Below are positions 9,134-19,824 of a stretch of 64,000 bases of DNA, one piece after another. The stretch lies in NCBI GenBank assembly GCA_965116875.1, contig OZ220733.1, forward strand, positions 832,001-896,000. The letters are read 5' to 3'. The notes beneath the pieces were generated by a model. The model was not told where the DNA came from. It ran no database searches and saw only the letters and a program-made list of their open reading frames with translations. The DNA comes from Candidatus Latescibacterota bacterium (GTDB lineage: Bacteria > Latescibacterota > UBA2968 > GCA-2709665). Numbering within the stretch: position 1 is the stretch's first letter; the number at the start of each line of letters is the position of its first letter. A program made the translations under genes and the position numbers.

Positions 9134-11413
9134 TTACCGTACCGTGAACGAGCGCACCGCCCGGGCGCTGTTGCCGCAGGCGTCGGTCACCGTGACCTCC
9201 AGCTTGTGGATTCCGGCCGGTAGCGGCTGCCTGGGCCGTGCTTTCACCTGGCCCACCTCGGGATCGTACTCCGCGATCAACCGTTTTCCGTCCAGATGCA
9301 TGAGGATATCCTCCTCCCGACGGATACCCGAGTCCCGGTCGCCGATCGCGGCGACAAGCACAGGCCGTCTGTTGGAAACCTTCACGTGCGGCTTCGGTCT
9401 CCGGATTCTTACCCGGGGTGGTGTCTCATCAAGCAACAGCGCATACGTGGAAAAACTCGAGACGTCGGCAGCCACGGCGTGCCGTCCCCGTACCGCCCGG
9501 TTGCCCACGAAAACCCAGGCGCCGCCCCGGGTCAACCGATAGACACCCAATCGCTCCGGGCGACTGAAGTCCGCGGGGTATCGGAGGACGATTTCGGCCT
9601 TGCGCCGGAACGGCACGTCCTCCGGCCCGAACCGGTAACCGGTCCCAACCATCTTCAGACGTTTCGATCCTCTTCCAGGAACGACAGAGATCCGTCCAAA
9701 GAAAGGCCCGTAGGCGTCATCGGCGTCGAAGCGGGCTTCCGCCATGCCGTCGGGGGACCGCACAAGCCCACCCTTGCGACGAACCGGCGTCTGCGGGAGG
9801 CGTACCACGCTGCGTCCCGTATTGCCTTTCCAGTCGACCGCGAACAGGACGGCCTCAACTTCACCATTCACGTCCGGATTGAATCGTACAACGGTTTCGT
9901 AGCCGTAGAGACTCCGCTGAATCACCTCAGGTGTGGTCTTGCCGTTCGCGGGCCAATTCAGGGTTACCTCCGGCGCGGCCGACAGAAGCCGCTTCGACAC
10001 GATCTTCAATACGGCGAAGTGGGGGTAGTAGCGTACGTCGCATTCCAGCAGGCCTGGTTTCGTGTCGCTCCCCGGCGGCGAAACAGGCGAGCAGACCTGA
10101 AAGCCCTCGGACCCGAAACGGTCCCGGGCGCGCACCCTGTAGACTGCATCCGGGAGGTGCGGGAATTCCGCGCGAACCCGGCCGAGCGAATCAGGGGCGA
10201 CCGTGCTTACGGGACGCCAGGATCGTCCGCCACTCGAAGACCGCTCAACAACGATCGTTTCCGGATTCTCGTCCCGCACACGCGCACGCATCCGAACGGA
10301 ACCGCCGCTGAGTTCGGATTGCGCGTCCACGACGCGCGGAACCGAGTTCACGATCACCTCCAGATCCGCACGGGATCGATTTCCGGCTGCGTCTTCAACC
10401 AGCACCCGGAGACGGTTTCTGCCCGGGTTCAGGGCAACGCCGCGGCCGGAGGGCGAGATTCCCGCATACAGGACGCCGTCACCCACCCTGTACTTCCCGT
10501 ATAGTGGAAGCTGATTCCCCGCGGAGCGGTACAGGTTGTGATAAATCCCCGCGCCGCGAACCTTTAGAATGAAATTGCGATCCAGTTCGACCTGGTTGAC
10601 CTGATTGTACGCGAAGACTGTGTACGTGGTCTCGAAAACCTCACGGTCGTTTACGTACAGCCGCAGCCGGTACGGCGCGAAGCGGTTGCTGAGTACGCTT
10701 GCATCGGCCCGGTCGTATGTCTTGACACTGACGCCGATACGGCCGGATATCATGGGCGCTGTACGTGCGACGTACCGCTTCCGTTCCGGACGCCATTTCA
10801 CGCCGATCGTCGCAGCGTCGGTCTTGTCAGAAACGCGGGAATCGGCATCCATGGGAGTCAGAGCCAGAGACTGTATGGTCGGCGCAATCGTGTCTTTCAC
10901 GTCAAATCCGTGAAGCAAGCCGTTTATGGGCCGTTGATTCCTGTCGCGAATCTCGAAATGCAGGTGCGGCACCCCGCTGCCGGTACTGCCGGAATATCCA
11001 AGAGTCTCTCCGCGTTTGACCCGAATCTGGTTCGGCTTGACGAAGAGATTGACACTGTAATAGCCCTTCCGATCCTGTTCCGCCTCGACAACGGCCCGTA
11101 CCCGGGGCGCAAAGCCCGAGAGATGCGCATAGACCGCAGTCCGGCCGTCTTTCAGCCTGATGTATACCACTTTTCCGTACCCCCAGGGCGAGGTCCGGAC
11201 CCGCCATACGTACCCGTCGTCAACGGCCAGCACGGGGTACCCTTCCTTCCCCCACGTTTTGAAGTCGAGCCCCGCATGGAATCGTCGCGGCCGATATTCG
11301 CCAAAGGAGGAGGTGAGGGCGGGCGGGGCCTCCATCGGCCAATGGTAGTCCCGGGACTCCGCGATGCCGGAATACGCAAGGCAGAGATAGAAGAACAGCA
11401 GGATCATCCGCAT
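9134..11413 (-). CDS. M23 family metallopeptidase with long C-terminal Ig-like/beta domains
   Basis: SSFGEYRPRRFHAGLD, YAHL, GSTG..PHLHFEIRD; start placed at ATG 11413 (AAGGAGG SD, signal peptide). Confidence 0.88.
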   Translation of the reverse strand: MRMILLFFYLCLAYSGIAESRDYHWPMEAPPALTSSFGEYRPRRFHAGLDFKTWGKEGYPVLAVDDGYVWRVRTSPWGYGKVVYIRLKDGRTAVYAHLSGFAPRVRAVVEAEQDRKGYYSVNLFVKPNQIRVKRGETLGYSGSTGSGVPHLHFEIRDRNQRPINGLLHGFDVKDTIAPTIQSLALTPMDADSRVSDKTDAATIGVKWRPERKRYVARTAPMISGRIGVSVKTYDRADASVLSNRFAPYRLRLYVNDREVFETTYTVFAYNQVNQVELDRNFILKVRGAGIYHNLYRSAGNQLPLYGKYRVGDGVLYAGISPSGRGVALNPGRNRLRVLVEDAAGNRSRADLEVIVNSVPRVVDAQSELSGGSVRMRARVRDENPETIVVERSSSGGRSWRPVSTVAPDSLGRVRAEFPHLPDAVYRVRARDRFGSEGFQVCSPVSPPGSDTKPGLLECDVRYYPHFAVLKIVSKRLLSAAPEVTLNWPANGKTTPEVIQRSLYGYETVVRFNPDVNGEVEAVLFAVDWKGNTGRSVVRLPQTPVRRKGGLVRSPDGMAEARFDADDAYGPFFGRISVVPGRGSKRLKMVGTGYRFGPEDVPFRRKAEIVLRYPADFSRPERLGVYRLTRGGAWVFVGNRAVRGRHAVAADVSSFSTYALLLDETPPRVRIRRPKPHVKVSNRRPVLVAAIGDRDSGIRREEDILMHLDGKRLIAEYDPEVGQVKARPRQPLPAGIHKLEVTVTDACGNSARAVRSFTVR

Positions 11414-11581
11414 CGGAATCGAACCTCCTTTTCCGGCAACGCGGGCGGTTGGTTTTTCCCTATTCATGCGCGACACATTATAGGAATTTTGTCTGCCGGG
11501 GTCAAGCGAGCGCCGGCTCTTTTCCAGCAGGCAAAAAAGACTTGCCTGCAAATCCCCGTTCCTATAATTTATCGTGTTGTC

Positions 11582-11799
11582 AGAAGCTGTTTTAAAATGA
11601 CCGGTGAGTTCCCGAGCGCGTGCGAAAAAGCGGCGGTCAAGGCGGGAAAATCCGTCCATATACTCATGTATCGTGGCTGCGCGCCCCTCGCCACTCCTGG
11701 GTGGATTTGACCAACGCCGACCGGCGCTTTTGCAGCCGCCTGCCTTGCCTGCCGCAGCAGGCAGGCGCGAAGACCGCTGGGAATTTTAAGACAGCTTCT
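11582..11799 (-). mobile_element. MITE-like element, family A (reverse copy with two internal insertions)
   Basis: TIRs AGAAGCTGTTTTAAAAT / ATTTTAAGACAGCTTCT; body matches the reverse complement of 4009-4172. Confidence 0.85.
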
Positions 11800-11881
11800 T
11801 ATGTAATGATTCGAAAAATCCGAGGGCAGGCGCCGCCTCGAAATGGCGCCTTCTTTCCTTCCATCGGAGGGTGTCTATCGC

Positions 11882-13702
11882 ATGCTCAAAAATCTGCGCA
11901 ACGTAGTCCTCATCAAAGCCATGATGTGGATCGTAGCCATTTCCTTCGTGGCGCTGATGGTCTTCGACTGGGGCGCCGGGGGTATGACCTGCGCCGGACC
12001 GGGCGATACCGTGGGTGTGATCAACGGTCAGAAGATCAGCCACCAGCAATTCGTCGAAGCGTTGCGTGACGCCTCACGCGAGGCCAAAGCCCGGAACAAC
12101 GCAGAACCCGAAGAAGGCCAGCTCATCCGCCAGATCTGGGACCAGATGGTGGCACAGATCCTGTACGCCCAGCAGATTGAGGAACTCGATATTGCGGTTT
12201 CCGATGCGGAGGTCAACTTCATCAATCGGAATCAGCCCGTCGAATGGGTGCAGAACCAGGACGTCTTTCAGACCGACGGTAAATTCGATCCGGATAAATA
12301 CGGCAGATTTCTGGACGACCCCGGCACCTACTCGAGCCCTGAGAGAAAGCAGTTCGTACTCAGCGCCGAATACGCCGTCAGGCAGGCGGTTCTGATCCGC
12401 AAGCTGCAGGAAATGGTCGCAGGCGGGGTGCGCGTGACTTCGGCGGAGGTCCGGGAAGCTTTCGTTCGGCAGAAAGAGAAGGTACGTGTCGCCTACGCGG
12501 CTGTAGAGGCCTTTTCCATCGCCGACTCGCTGGTTTCGGTTCCGGACGATCGGATTCGCGCTTATTATGAAGACCACCCTGACGAATTTCATCGGGAAGC
12601 GGCCGTCAATGCCACCTATGTCGCATTCGAGAAGAAGCCCTCGGCGGCAGACGAAGCCGGCGCCGAAGCCGAAATCCGGGACCTGCTCGCTGAAATCCGC
12701 GGCGGTGCAGACTTCGCCGCGCTGGCAAAAAGCAGTTCGGAAGATCCGGGCAGTGCGGAACGGGGCGGAGATCTCGGGTTCTTCGGGCGCGGAAGGATGG
12801 TAAAGCCCTTTGAGGAAGCGGCATTTTCTCTTGAACCGGGTGAGGTCTCAGAACCCGTACAGACCCAGTTCGGATGGCACGTTCTCAAGGTTGAGGAACG
12901 CAAAGGCGAGGGTGACGGGCTCCAGGTCCGCGCCAGGCACATCCTGCTGAAAATTCGTCCGGGCAGGGACACGCTGGACAGCCTCCGCCTTACGGCAGAA
13001 GAATTCCAGGAGCGGGCGGAAGAATCGGAATTCCTGACGGCCGTAGCTGAACAGGGTCTTCAGGCGAAAGAAACCGGATTCATCACCGCCGGCGGGTTTT
13101 TCCCGCTGCTGGGAAACAGGACGTCCGGTCTGGTCAATTCCTTTCTCAACGCTACGCCCGGCAGGATCTCTCCAATTTACGAGACCGAAGAGGGCATCTA
13201 CGTCTTCGCCCTCGTGGCCAGGCGGGAAGCAGGCCCGCAGCCGCTTGACGAAGTCCACAATCGCATTTCAACCAAACTCAAGACTGCAGAAAAAGTCAAG
13301 ATTGCTTCCGTGCGCGTCCAACCGCTGCTTGAGGACGTTCGTACCGGGCAAAGCCTTTCAGATGCGGCGGGCAATCGCAACATTCGCTTCGCCGAATCCG
13401 AACTCTTCGGCCGTGACGAATTCGTTCAGGGCGTCGGCCGCAGGAACGCATTTACCGGCTCTGCATTCCGGCTTGAAGAGGGAACGACCAGCGACGTGGT
13501 CACCACGGACAGGGGCGCGTACGTGCTGCAGTTGCTGGAGAGAAGGCCGATTGACGAAACCGAATTCGAATCGGCAGGCCCTGAACTGGTTCAACGCCTG
13601 CGGTCCGAGAAACAGAACGAAGTCCTGGCGGCCTGGTTCAGCGACCTTAAGGAGCAGGCGGAAATCATCGACAATCGGCATCTGTTTTACTCGAACTTTT
13701 AG
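11882..13702 (+). CDS. ppiD: PpiD/SurA-like periplasmic chaperone with parvulin PPIase domain
   Basis: N-terminal TM anchor; [30 protein letters not shown]...QFGWHVLKV rotamase motif; ~606 aa. Confidence 0.85.
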   Translation: MLKNLRNVVLIKAMMWIVAISFVALMVFDWGAGGMTCAGPGDTVGVINGQKISHQQFVEALRDASREAKARNNAEPEEGQLIRQIWDQMVAQILYAQQIEELDIAVSDAEVNFINRNQPVEWVQNQDVFQTDGKFDPDKYGRFLDDPGTYSSPERKQFVLSAEYAVRQAVLIRKLQEMVAGGVRVTSAEVREAFVRQKEKVRVAYAAVEAFSIADSLVSVPDDRIRAYYEDHPDEFHREAAVNATYVAFEKKPSAADEAGAEAEIRDLLAEIRGGADFAALAKSSSEDPGSAERGGDLGFFGRGRMVKPFEEAAFSLEPGEVSEPVQTQFGWHVLKVEERKGEGDGLQVRARHILLKIRPGRDTLDSLRLTAEEFQERAEESEFLTAVAEQGLQAKETGFITAGGFFPLLGNRTSGLVNSFLNATPGRISPIYETEEGIYVFALVARREAGPQPLDEVHNRISTKLKTAEKVKIASVRVQPLLEDVRTGQSLSDAAGNRNIRFAESELFGRDEFVQGVGRRNAFTGSAFRLEEGTTSDVVTTDRGAYVLQLLERRPIDETEFESAGPELVQRLRSEKQNEVLAAWFSDLKEQAEIIDNRHLFYSNF

Positions 13703-13741
13703 AGGCTGTCTCAAGATCCCCGGGAAATTTAAAACAGCTCT
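13701..13741. mobile_element. 41-bp minimal family-A-like element (ends only)
   Basis: AGAGGCTGTCTCAAGA...TTTAAAACAGCTCT; overlaps the TAG stop of ppiD. Confidence 0.55.
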
Positions 13742-13797
13742 ATAAGCGGAATCCGGGCGAGCCCGTGCGTTCCCGATCCGTCGCCCGACCGCACAGG

Positions 13798-14505
13798 ATG
13801 ACTCGCGTGGCCGTCATTACCGTCTCACGCCAGCTCGGCAGCATTGGCGATCTGGTAGCCCGCCGGGCGTCGGAAGTTCTCAGCTACGACTTCGTGGACA
13901 AGGACCTGATCACGGAAGTCGCGAGAGAAGCCAATGTGCCGGAATCCGAAGTCGAGAGGTTCGACGAACAGTCGCAAAGTGCGGTAAAACGATTCATCTA
14001 CAGCCTGATCGTGCCGTCGCGGTCCGTACCGACACCCCCGGCCATGCTCTGGGGCCTGGAGTTTCCCTACGAGGTATCGGCGGCGCTACCGGCCGGGAAA
14101 GCGACGGCCAACGAGGAAAAGCACCTTCTGGACCAGAGAGACTACCTCAGATTTCTTCAGGCCACGGTCCACCGCCTTCGGAAACGGGGAAGGATCATCA
14201 TCGTAGGCCGGGGAGGCCAGGCCATCCTGCGGGATGACCCCGATACGCTGCACGTCCGCACCGTAGCGCCTCTGGAACAACGCATCCAGGTCGTAATGGA
14301 ACGCCTCAAGCTGGGTACCCGAAAAGAGGCCGAAGAACTGATTCAGAAAAGTGACAGACGCCGGGCCGCCTACCTCAGAGACAACTACGACGTCAACTGG
14401 GACGATCCTGCCCTGTATCACGTTGTTGTGAATACGGGCAGAACCTGCCTCGAATCCGCCGCTCGCATCTTCCAGCACTCCGTTAACGCACTCGGCCGGG
14501 CGTGA
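13798..14505 (+). CDS. Cytidylate kinase-like family protein
   Basis: VITVSRQLGS, IIVGRGG, SDRRRAAY, DPALYHVVVNT. Confidence 0.88.
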   Translation: MTRVAVITVSRQLGSIGDLVARRASEVLSYDFVDKDLITEVAREANVPESEVERFDEQSQSAVKRFIYSLIVPSRSVPTPPAMLWGLEFPYEVSAALPAGKATANEEKHLLDQRDYLRFLQATVHRLRKRGRIIIVGRGGQAILRDDPDTLHVRTVAPLEQRIQVVMERLKLGTRKEAEELIQKSDRRRAAYLRDNYDVNWDDPALYHVVVNTGRTCLESAARIFQHSVNALGRA

Positions 14506-14630
14506 AAGCGCCAACGGTCGCACCGGCTCCCCGCTTCGCCAATCGTTGACCGGTCCGAAAGGGAATTTTTCTTTTCGCTTCCACCGATCCGGTGTATCCT
14601 GCGAATCCGCGGTTGAATCACCTTGATTGA

Positions 14631-14703
14631 TCTCAATGCCGAGAAAAAAAATCAACCGTCAAATTGCCGCAATGAGCCTGAATGCGGGTAGAGGGAAGAC
14701 AGA
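14631..14703 (+). repeat. Dispersed repeat family D
   Basis: CAACCGTCAAATT..GCCGCAA.GAGCCTGAATGCGGG shared with 58479-58546; 5' part shared with 41334-41365. Confidence 0.65.
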
Positions 14704-14819
14704 AATGGAAGCCCTTGCCCGGAACGACCGTACATTCCTGCCGCGAGCGGCTGCCAATCCCCCGATGGGATTACCGCTGCCAACGCGTCACGGACGTGGA
14801 TGGCGAAAGGTCAGGAACG

Positions 14820-16928
14820 ATGCCCCCTGAAATCAGCCGGTCAAGAATGCGTTCCATCTCCAACAAGGACCTCTTCGGTGCGATTGACATGAAGGGGGCA
14901 GACCTGAAGCCGGTCCGAAAGGCCGTGAAGACCGGAAAATGGAAGCAGGCGGCCGCGGCATGGGGCGATTACTTTTCCGCCCGGAAAAAGCCCCTCAATA
15001 TGGTTGCGCCAACCGGCGACGAGCCGGACCAGGAACGCATTCGCGAAGCCGAACGAGTCGTCGCGCACGAGATTCAGGGCTGGCACGACCTGACGTACAA
15101 GTTCGGAAAGACCGTCGACTTCAACGCGAACTGGGGACGGTCGGGCATCTACGGTACCCATTACTGGGGATGGGCCGATTGCCTTCGGGTCGCTTTCGGG
15201 CAGACCGGCGACCCCCGCTACGTGGAATGTTTCGACGACCTGTTCAACCAGTGGTACGAGCAGCGCAACAGCATTGACAACCCCGCCATACACGACGTCA
15301 TTTTCTACGAACTCGGTCTGGGGGGCCGCACACCCAGGTTCATCGATCACTACTTCGCGTATCGGTCCACCGGCATCCTGAAGCCCGTCACCCATCGACG
15401 CCTGTTGAAATCCATCCTGGGCGCCGGGCGCTGGCTCTATCTCCTTGAAAAAGAAGAAGGCTACCGCAGCGGGAACTGGCAGATGTGCGGTTCATGGGCG
15501 CTCGTCTACGCCGGCGGACTCTTCCCGGAATTCAGGGAGGCGCGACGCTGGGTAAAAATCGGCGTGAAGCGACTCCTGGAGCACGTCGAGAGGGACTTCT
15601 ATGATGACGGCTGCCACCACGAACGCGCCTCAGGTTATGGTTCGTGGTGTACCCGAATCAGCGAGGACCTCCTGACGTTCTCGGACAGGATCCCGCACAT
15701 CAGGATGGAAGCCGACCTGCGCGACCGCATCGAACGGATGTACGACTGGTTCCTGTCCACCACCTCCCCCCTGGGCGAGTCCCAGGGATTCAACGACGGA
15801 GGCATCGGGCCGCAGGATGGCATATTGCGGAGGGCCGCCGAGCGTACCGGAGACGGCAGATATCTCTGGCCCGTGCGCGACAGGATCGAGTCCGGTTCCC
15901 GAATCCGGCCGAAGAAACCCGATTATACGTCCATAGACAGACGGCCATCGGGATTTGCCGTCATGCGTTCGGACTGGAATAAGGATGCCCGATATCTGAT
16001 CGTCAACTATGGCCCGTGGGGCGGCGGCCATACCCATAACGACCTGCTCGACTTCGAGCTTTACGCCTACGGAGAACCGCTGGCCGTAGAGGCTACCCGC
16101 TGGGGGCCCTATGACAATCCTCTCGATCAGTATTTCCGTTCTCCCCAGGCCCACAACCAGCTTGTGGTCAACGACGCGCCGATGGACCGGGTCCATCACC
16201 GAGGCGAGGACGTCTCCTGGGCGACGGGAAAAACGCTGGACTTTTTTTCAGCAATCCACAGGGCATGGGAAGAGCAATACGCCACCCGCGTCGAGCGCCG
16301 CGTTACGTTTCTGAAACCTGACTATTTCCTCGTATCCGACGCCGTTTTTGAAGGTCCCCAGCACCATGCCTACACCTGGTACCTCCACTCCCCGGCCAGG
16401 TGGAAAGGCAGCCGAAGCCGTATGCTCACCCTAGGACGGCCGGGATTACAGGTCGTCCCGGCAAAACCCTCGGAGATTCACTACGTCCGACGCGGAACCT
16501 CGTATGAGGCACGGGACGGCACGCCCGGAAGATACCCCAACCGCTACTGGATCGGTCTGCAGAAATGGGTCCGGGGCGAAGGCGCGAATGCCGTTGTGTA
16601 CGACGTCGCGCTCGTTCCGTTCAAGTCGGAACCGGGTGACGTCAAAGTGTCCCGGCGCGCGGTTAGCATCGACGGACGAACCTGCCGCCCGGAAGTCGCG
16701 CGCGGCGTCCGGATCCAGAGCGGCGACCGGGATGATCTCGTGGTCTACGGCAGGGAAGGAGAATCCGTTGAATGCGACGGCCTGTCCTTCAGAGGGAAGG
16801 TCTGCGTTCTCTCGTTTCGGGAGGAGCGACCGGTCCACGTCTCGGCGCTGGATGGCGGAGAGGTATCCTACAACGGCCAGCCGCTGATTCGCACGAAGCG
16901 CGCGGGTCTCAACGAACGCGACCTATAA
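14820..16928 (+). CDS. Heparinase II/III-like polysaccharide lyase (no signal peptide)
   Basis: GNWQ, FYDDGCHHERASGY, SGFAVMRSDW, GGHTHNDLL, AHNQLVVN motifs. Confidence 0.82.
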   Translation: MPPEISRSRMRSISNKDLFGAIDMKGADLKPVRKAVKTGKWKQAAAAWGDYFSARKKPLNMVAPTGDEPDQERIREAERVVAHEIQGWHDLTYKFGKTVDFNANWGRSGIYGTHYWGWADCLRVAFGQTGDPRYVECFDDLFNQWYEQRNSIDNPAIHDVIFYELGLGGRTPRFIDHYFAYRSTGILKPVTHRRLLKSILGAGRWLYLLEKEEGYRSGNWQMCGSWALVYAGGLFPEFREARRWVKIGVKRLLEHVERDFYDDGCHHERASGYGSWCTRISEDLLTFSDRIPHIRMEADLRDRIERMYDWFLSTTSPLGESQGFNDGGIGPQDGILRRAAERTGDGRYLWPVRDRIESGSRIRPKKPDYTSIDRRPSGFAVMRSDWNKDARYLIVNYGPWGGGHTHNDLLDFELYAYGEPLAVEATRWGPYDNPLDQYFRSPQAHNQLVVNDAPMDRVHHRGEDVSWATGKTLDFFSAIHRAWEEQYATRVERRVTFLKPDYFLVSDAVFEGPQHHAYTWYLHSPARWKGSRSRMLTLGRPGLQVVPAKPSEIHYVRRGTSYEARDGTPGRYPNRYWIGLQKWVRGEGANAVVYDVALVPFKSEPGDVKVSRRAVSIDGRTCRPEVARGVRIQSGDRDDLVVYGREGESVECDGLSFRGKVCVLSFREERPVHVSALDGGEVSYNGQPLIRTKRAGLNERDL

Positions 16929-16988
16929 CCCGCATCCGGAACCGCACTGCGTTTCGGAAACGGACGCAACCTGACACCGGTTACTCCG

Positions 16989-17999
16989 ATGTTCAGACTC
17001 GTACAGCTGATCCATCCCGAAGAAGGGCGGCGCATTGCCGCCGTCGACGGCGACCGATGCCGGATGATTGACGGCCACACGTCGATTCACGGTATGGCGA
17101 GCCTGGTTCTGCGATCGGACGCCGCACTGTCCACGGAAATCGAATCGAAGCTCGGAAGAAACTGCCAGGACTACAACGCCATCTACCACGGCCGGTCGGA
17201 ATGGAAGCTTCTTCCCGCGTACGATCATCCCGGCGAACCGTCCCGCTGTCTGGTGGCCGGCACCGGGTTGACCCACAGGGCCAGCGTTGACAACCGGCAG
17301 GCCATGCATGAAGTTGACGGGGGCGGCGAAACGCAGATCACCGACAGCATGCGAATGTACCGGTGGGGCCTTCAGGGAGGCAGACCGGAATCCGGAAACG
17401 TCGGCGTTCCACCTGAATGGTTCTACAAGGGAACCGGGTCCATCCTGCGCGCGCACGGCGAACCGCTGGTCGTGCCGTCCTTCGCGGGCGACGGCGGCGA
17501 AGAACCCGAAGTCGCCGGGGCGTACATCATCGATGCGGAAGGCAATCCCAGGCGCATCGGCCTGGCCATCGGCAACGAATTTTCAGACCACGTCACCGAA
17601 AAGAAAAACTACCTGTATCTGGCGCCGTCCAAGCTCCGCACCTGCTCCTTCGGCCCTGAACTCCTCCTCGACCCGGATTTTGAGAACGTCGACGGGGAAG
17701 TTTCCATTGAACGCAACGGAAGCATCGTCTGGTCCAGAAACATCGCGACGGGTGAGGCCAACATGTCTCACAGTCTGACGAACCTGGAACATCACCACTT
17801 CAAGTACCCCCAGCACCGGCGGCCGGACGATGCGCACGTCTTCTTCTTCGGAGCCGACGCCTTCAGTTTCGGGGCCGGTGTCGAACTGGAGGACGGAGAC
17901 GTCATGGCCGTCTCATGGAACGGCTTCGGACGACCGTTGAAGAATCCCCTCCGGATCGAACCGGACGAAGATACCCTGGTTCGCGTCGAACCGCTTTGA
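16989..17999 (+). CDS. gguC: AraD1/GguC family FAH-fold protein (probable 2-keto-3-deoxy sugar-acid dehydratase)
   Basis: GTGLTH, TDSMRMY, PEWFYKG, GEEPEVAG, GNEFSDH, NYLYLAPSKLR. Confidence 0.85.
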   Translation: MFRLVQLIHPEEGRRIAAVDGDRCRMIDGHTSIHGMASLVLRSDAALSTEIESKLGRNCQDYNAIYHGRSEWKLLPAYDHPGEPSRCLVAGTGLTHRASVDNRQAMHEVDGGGETQITDSMRMYRWGLQGGRPESGNVGVPPEWFYKGTGSILRAHGEPLVVPSFAGDGGEEPEVAGAYIIDAEGNPRRIGLAIGNEFSDHVTEKKNYLYLAPSKLRTCSFGPELLLDPDFENVDGEVSIERNGSIVWSRNIATGEANMSHSLTNLEHHHFKYPQHRRPDDAHVFFFGADAFSFGAGVELEDGDVMAVSWNGFGRPLKNPLRIEPDEDTLVRVEPL

Positions 18000-18009
18000 A
18001 AGTCCCAGA

Positions 18010-18855
18010 ATGATTATCGACGTACACGCCCACGTCTTCCGGTATCCCCAGCACTTTACCGAACAGTTCCGGCGCCAGGCCATGCGCGCCAGGGGCGACG
18101 TGGAGGTTGACCTCACCACCAGCTTTCAAGACTATCGGGAGCATGCGGGGGTGCCGGTACGCACAATCGCGTTCGGCGGAAAGGCCAGACTGAGCGGTAT
18201 CTGGGTGGACGATCATTACGTGGCCGAAACGGTAGCCGGGAACCCGGATGCGCTCATCGGCTTCCTGTCGGTCGATCCCACCCAGGAAGGCTGGCAGGAC
18301 GAATTGAGAGAGGGCCATCAGGATCTCGGCCTGAAGGGAATCAAACTACTCTCCATGTACGCCGGCTTCAGGCCCGACGACCCTTCCCTGGAGCCACTCT
18401 GGCGTTACGCCCGGGATCACGGCCTGCCCGTACTCCTGCATACCGGAACCACCTTCGTGGCCCAGGCGCCGCTGGAATGTACGCTTCCGCGCCATCTGGA
18501 TCCGGTCGCCATTCGTTTTCCGGACGTAAAGATCATCCTCGCGCATCTGGGGCATCCGTATGAAGGCGAATGCGTCGCGGTGATCCGAAAACACCCCAAT
18601 GTCTACGCCGACGTCAGCGCCCTGCACTACCGCCCGTTCCAACTCTACCACAGCCTGATGCTCGTCCAGGAATACGGCGTCTGGGACAAACTGCTCTTCG
18701 GTACGGACTACCCCTTTACCACCGTCGACGCATCGCTGTCCGGCCTTCGCGGCCTGAACCGAATGCTCGAAGGCACCGCCCTGCCCCGCCTCGACCCCGA
18801 CGAAATCGAATCGGTAATCTGTCGGGACAGCCTCTCCATCCTGGACCTTTCCTAG
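18010..18855 (+). CDS. Amidohydrolase_2 family metal-dependent hydrolase
   Basis: IIDVHAH, LHTG, AHLGHP, LLFGTDYP. Confidence 0.9.
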   Translation: MIIDVHAHVFRYPQHFTEQFRRQAMRARGDVEVDLTTSFQDYREHAGVPVRTIAFGGKARLSGIWVDDHYVAETVAGNPDALIGFLSVDPTQEGWQDELREGHQDLGLKGIKLLSMYAGFRPDDPSLEPLWRYARDHGLPVLLHTGTTFVAQAPLECTLPRHLDPVAIRFPDVKIILAHLGHPYEGECVAVIRKHPNVYADVSALHYRPFQLYHSLMLVQEYGVWDKLLFGTDYPFTTVDASLSGLRGLNRMLEGTALPRLDPDEIESVICRDSLSILDLS

Positions 18856-18864
18856 TGCCCCCGC

Positions 18865-19824
18865 TCACGTCCAGGCCGCTCGTCCCCGCGTGTCCAGGTC
18901 CAGCTGCAGGCCGCGTTCGGGCAGAGGAACCGCCGCACGATAGGATTCGGCGATTTCGGCTGCTGTCGCAGGGACCAGAGCGCAGCCCTGCTTTTCACAT
19001 ATTTCCCTCGCGGCCGCGACCACGCCCAGCATCGTCTCCCGCCGAAAGTCCCGCGCATCGCTGTAGTCGAAGATATTGTGCGTGAGCGCCTTCAGGTACT
19101 TCACCGGAATATCGCTTCCGTTGCCGATCTGTCGTCCCACGCTCTTGTGAATGGTATACCAGTGGTTCTTGGCGTCCACCAGTTCAATGCGCAGGTCCTG
19201 CGGGTGCGCCCCGCCCCACATCCGGGAGTCCGCGTCCACCGTTGGCGGAATATCCACGAAATCCACGTCTCCCGCAAGGGACCGGTTGTACCGGTGCGGA
19301 TAGTGGATATCCAGCGGCGAACCGCCCCATACACATGCGCATTGCGGGAGATTTCGCGTTGGCATCGACACCGTGCCGTGCGTGAACCCCAGCGCCTCCA
19401 GCGCGGGAAAGGTATGGTCGTTGGCTGAAAAATAGCCTGGGGTGAATACCACGGGCGGGTGTCCCATCGAATCGGCGAACCGATCCGCGGCCTCCTTCAG
19501 AATCGCCACCTGTTCATCGAACCCGTACACGCCCAGGAACTCTTCGTACCCCTGTTCCGCCGGATGTACGTGCAGGCCCACCTCGTGGCCTTCGGATTCG
19601 AGCTCGCGGTACACGCCCGAATGCGCCTTCATGTCCGAAGGGATTACCACGAACGTCCCCTTCGCGCCGGTCCGGGAAAAGATTTCGCCCAATCCCCGAA
19701 TCGACCGTTCGCCCAGCGCCGGGTCGTTGATGCTGCGCTGCGTGGATTCGCAATCGATCTGAATGTTGAAGAATAGCTCCGTCACGTCTTCCAACCCCAC
19801 GTTCCGGGAATGGCACGCGATCAC
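18865..19824 (-). CDS. Polysaccharide deacetylase (CE4/NodB-fold)-like protein
   Basis: IQIDCE, KGTFVV, GHEVGLHVHP, FTPGYFS. Confidence 0.7.
   Translation of the reverse strand: MIACHSRNVGLEDVTELFFNIQIDCESTQRSINDPALGERSIRGLGEIFSRTGAKGTFVVIPSDMKAHSGVYRELESEGHEVGLHVHPAEQGYEEFLGVYGFDEQVAILKEAADRFADSMGHPPVVFTPGYFSANDHTFPALEALGFTHGTVSMPTRNLPQCACVWGGSPLDIHYPHRYNRSLAGDVDFVDIPPTVDADSRMWGGAHPQDLRIELVDAKNHWYTIHKSVGRQIGNGSDIPVKYLKALTHNIFDYSDARDFRRETMLGVVAAAREICEKQGCALVPATAAEIAESYRAAVPLPERGLQLDLDTRGRAAWT

Noticed and set aside
11414-11659. N-terminal extension of the M23 ORF
   Set aside because: Runs through the MITE and promoter DNA; SD and signal peptide indicate a start at 11413.
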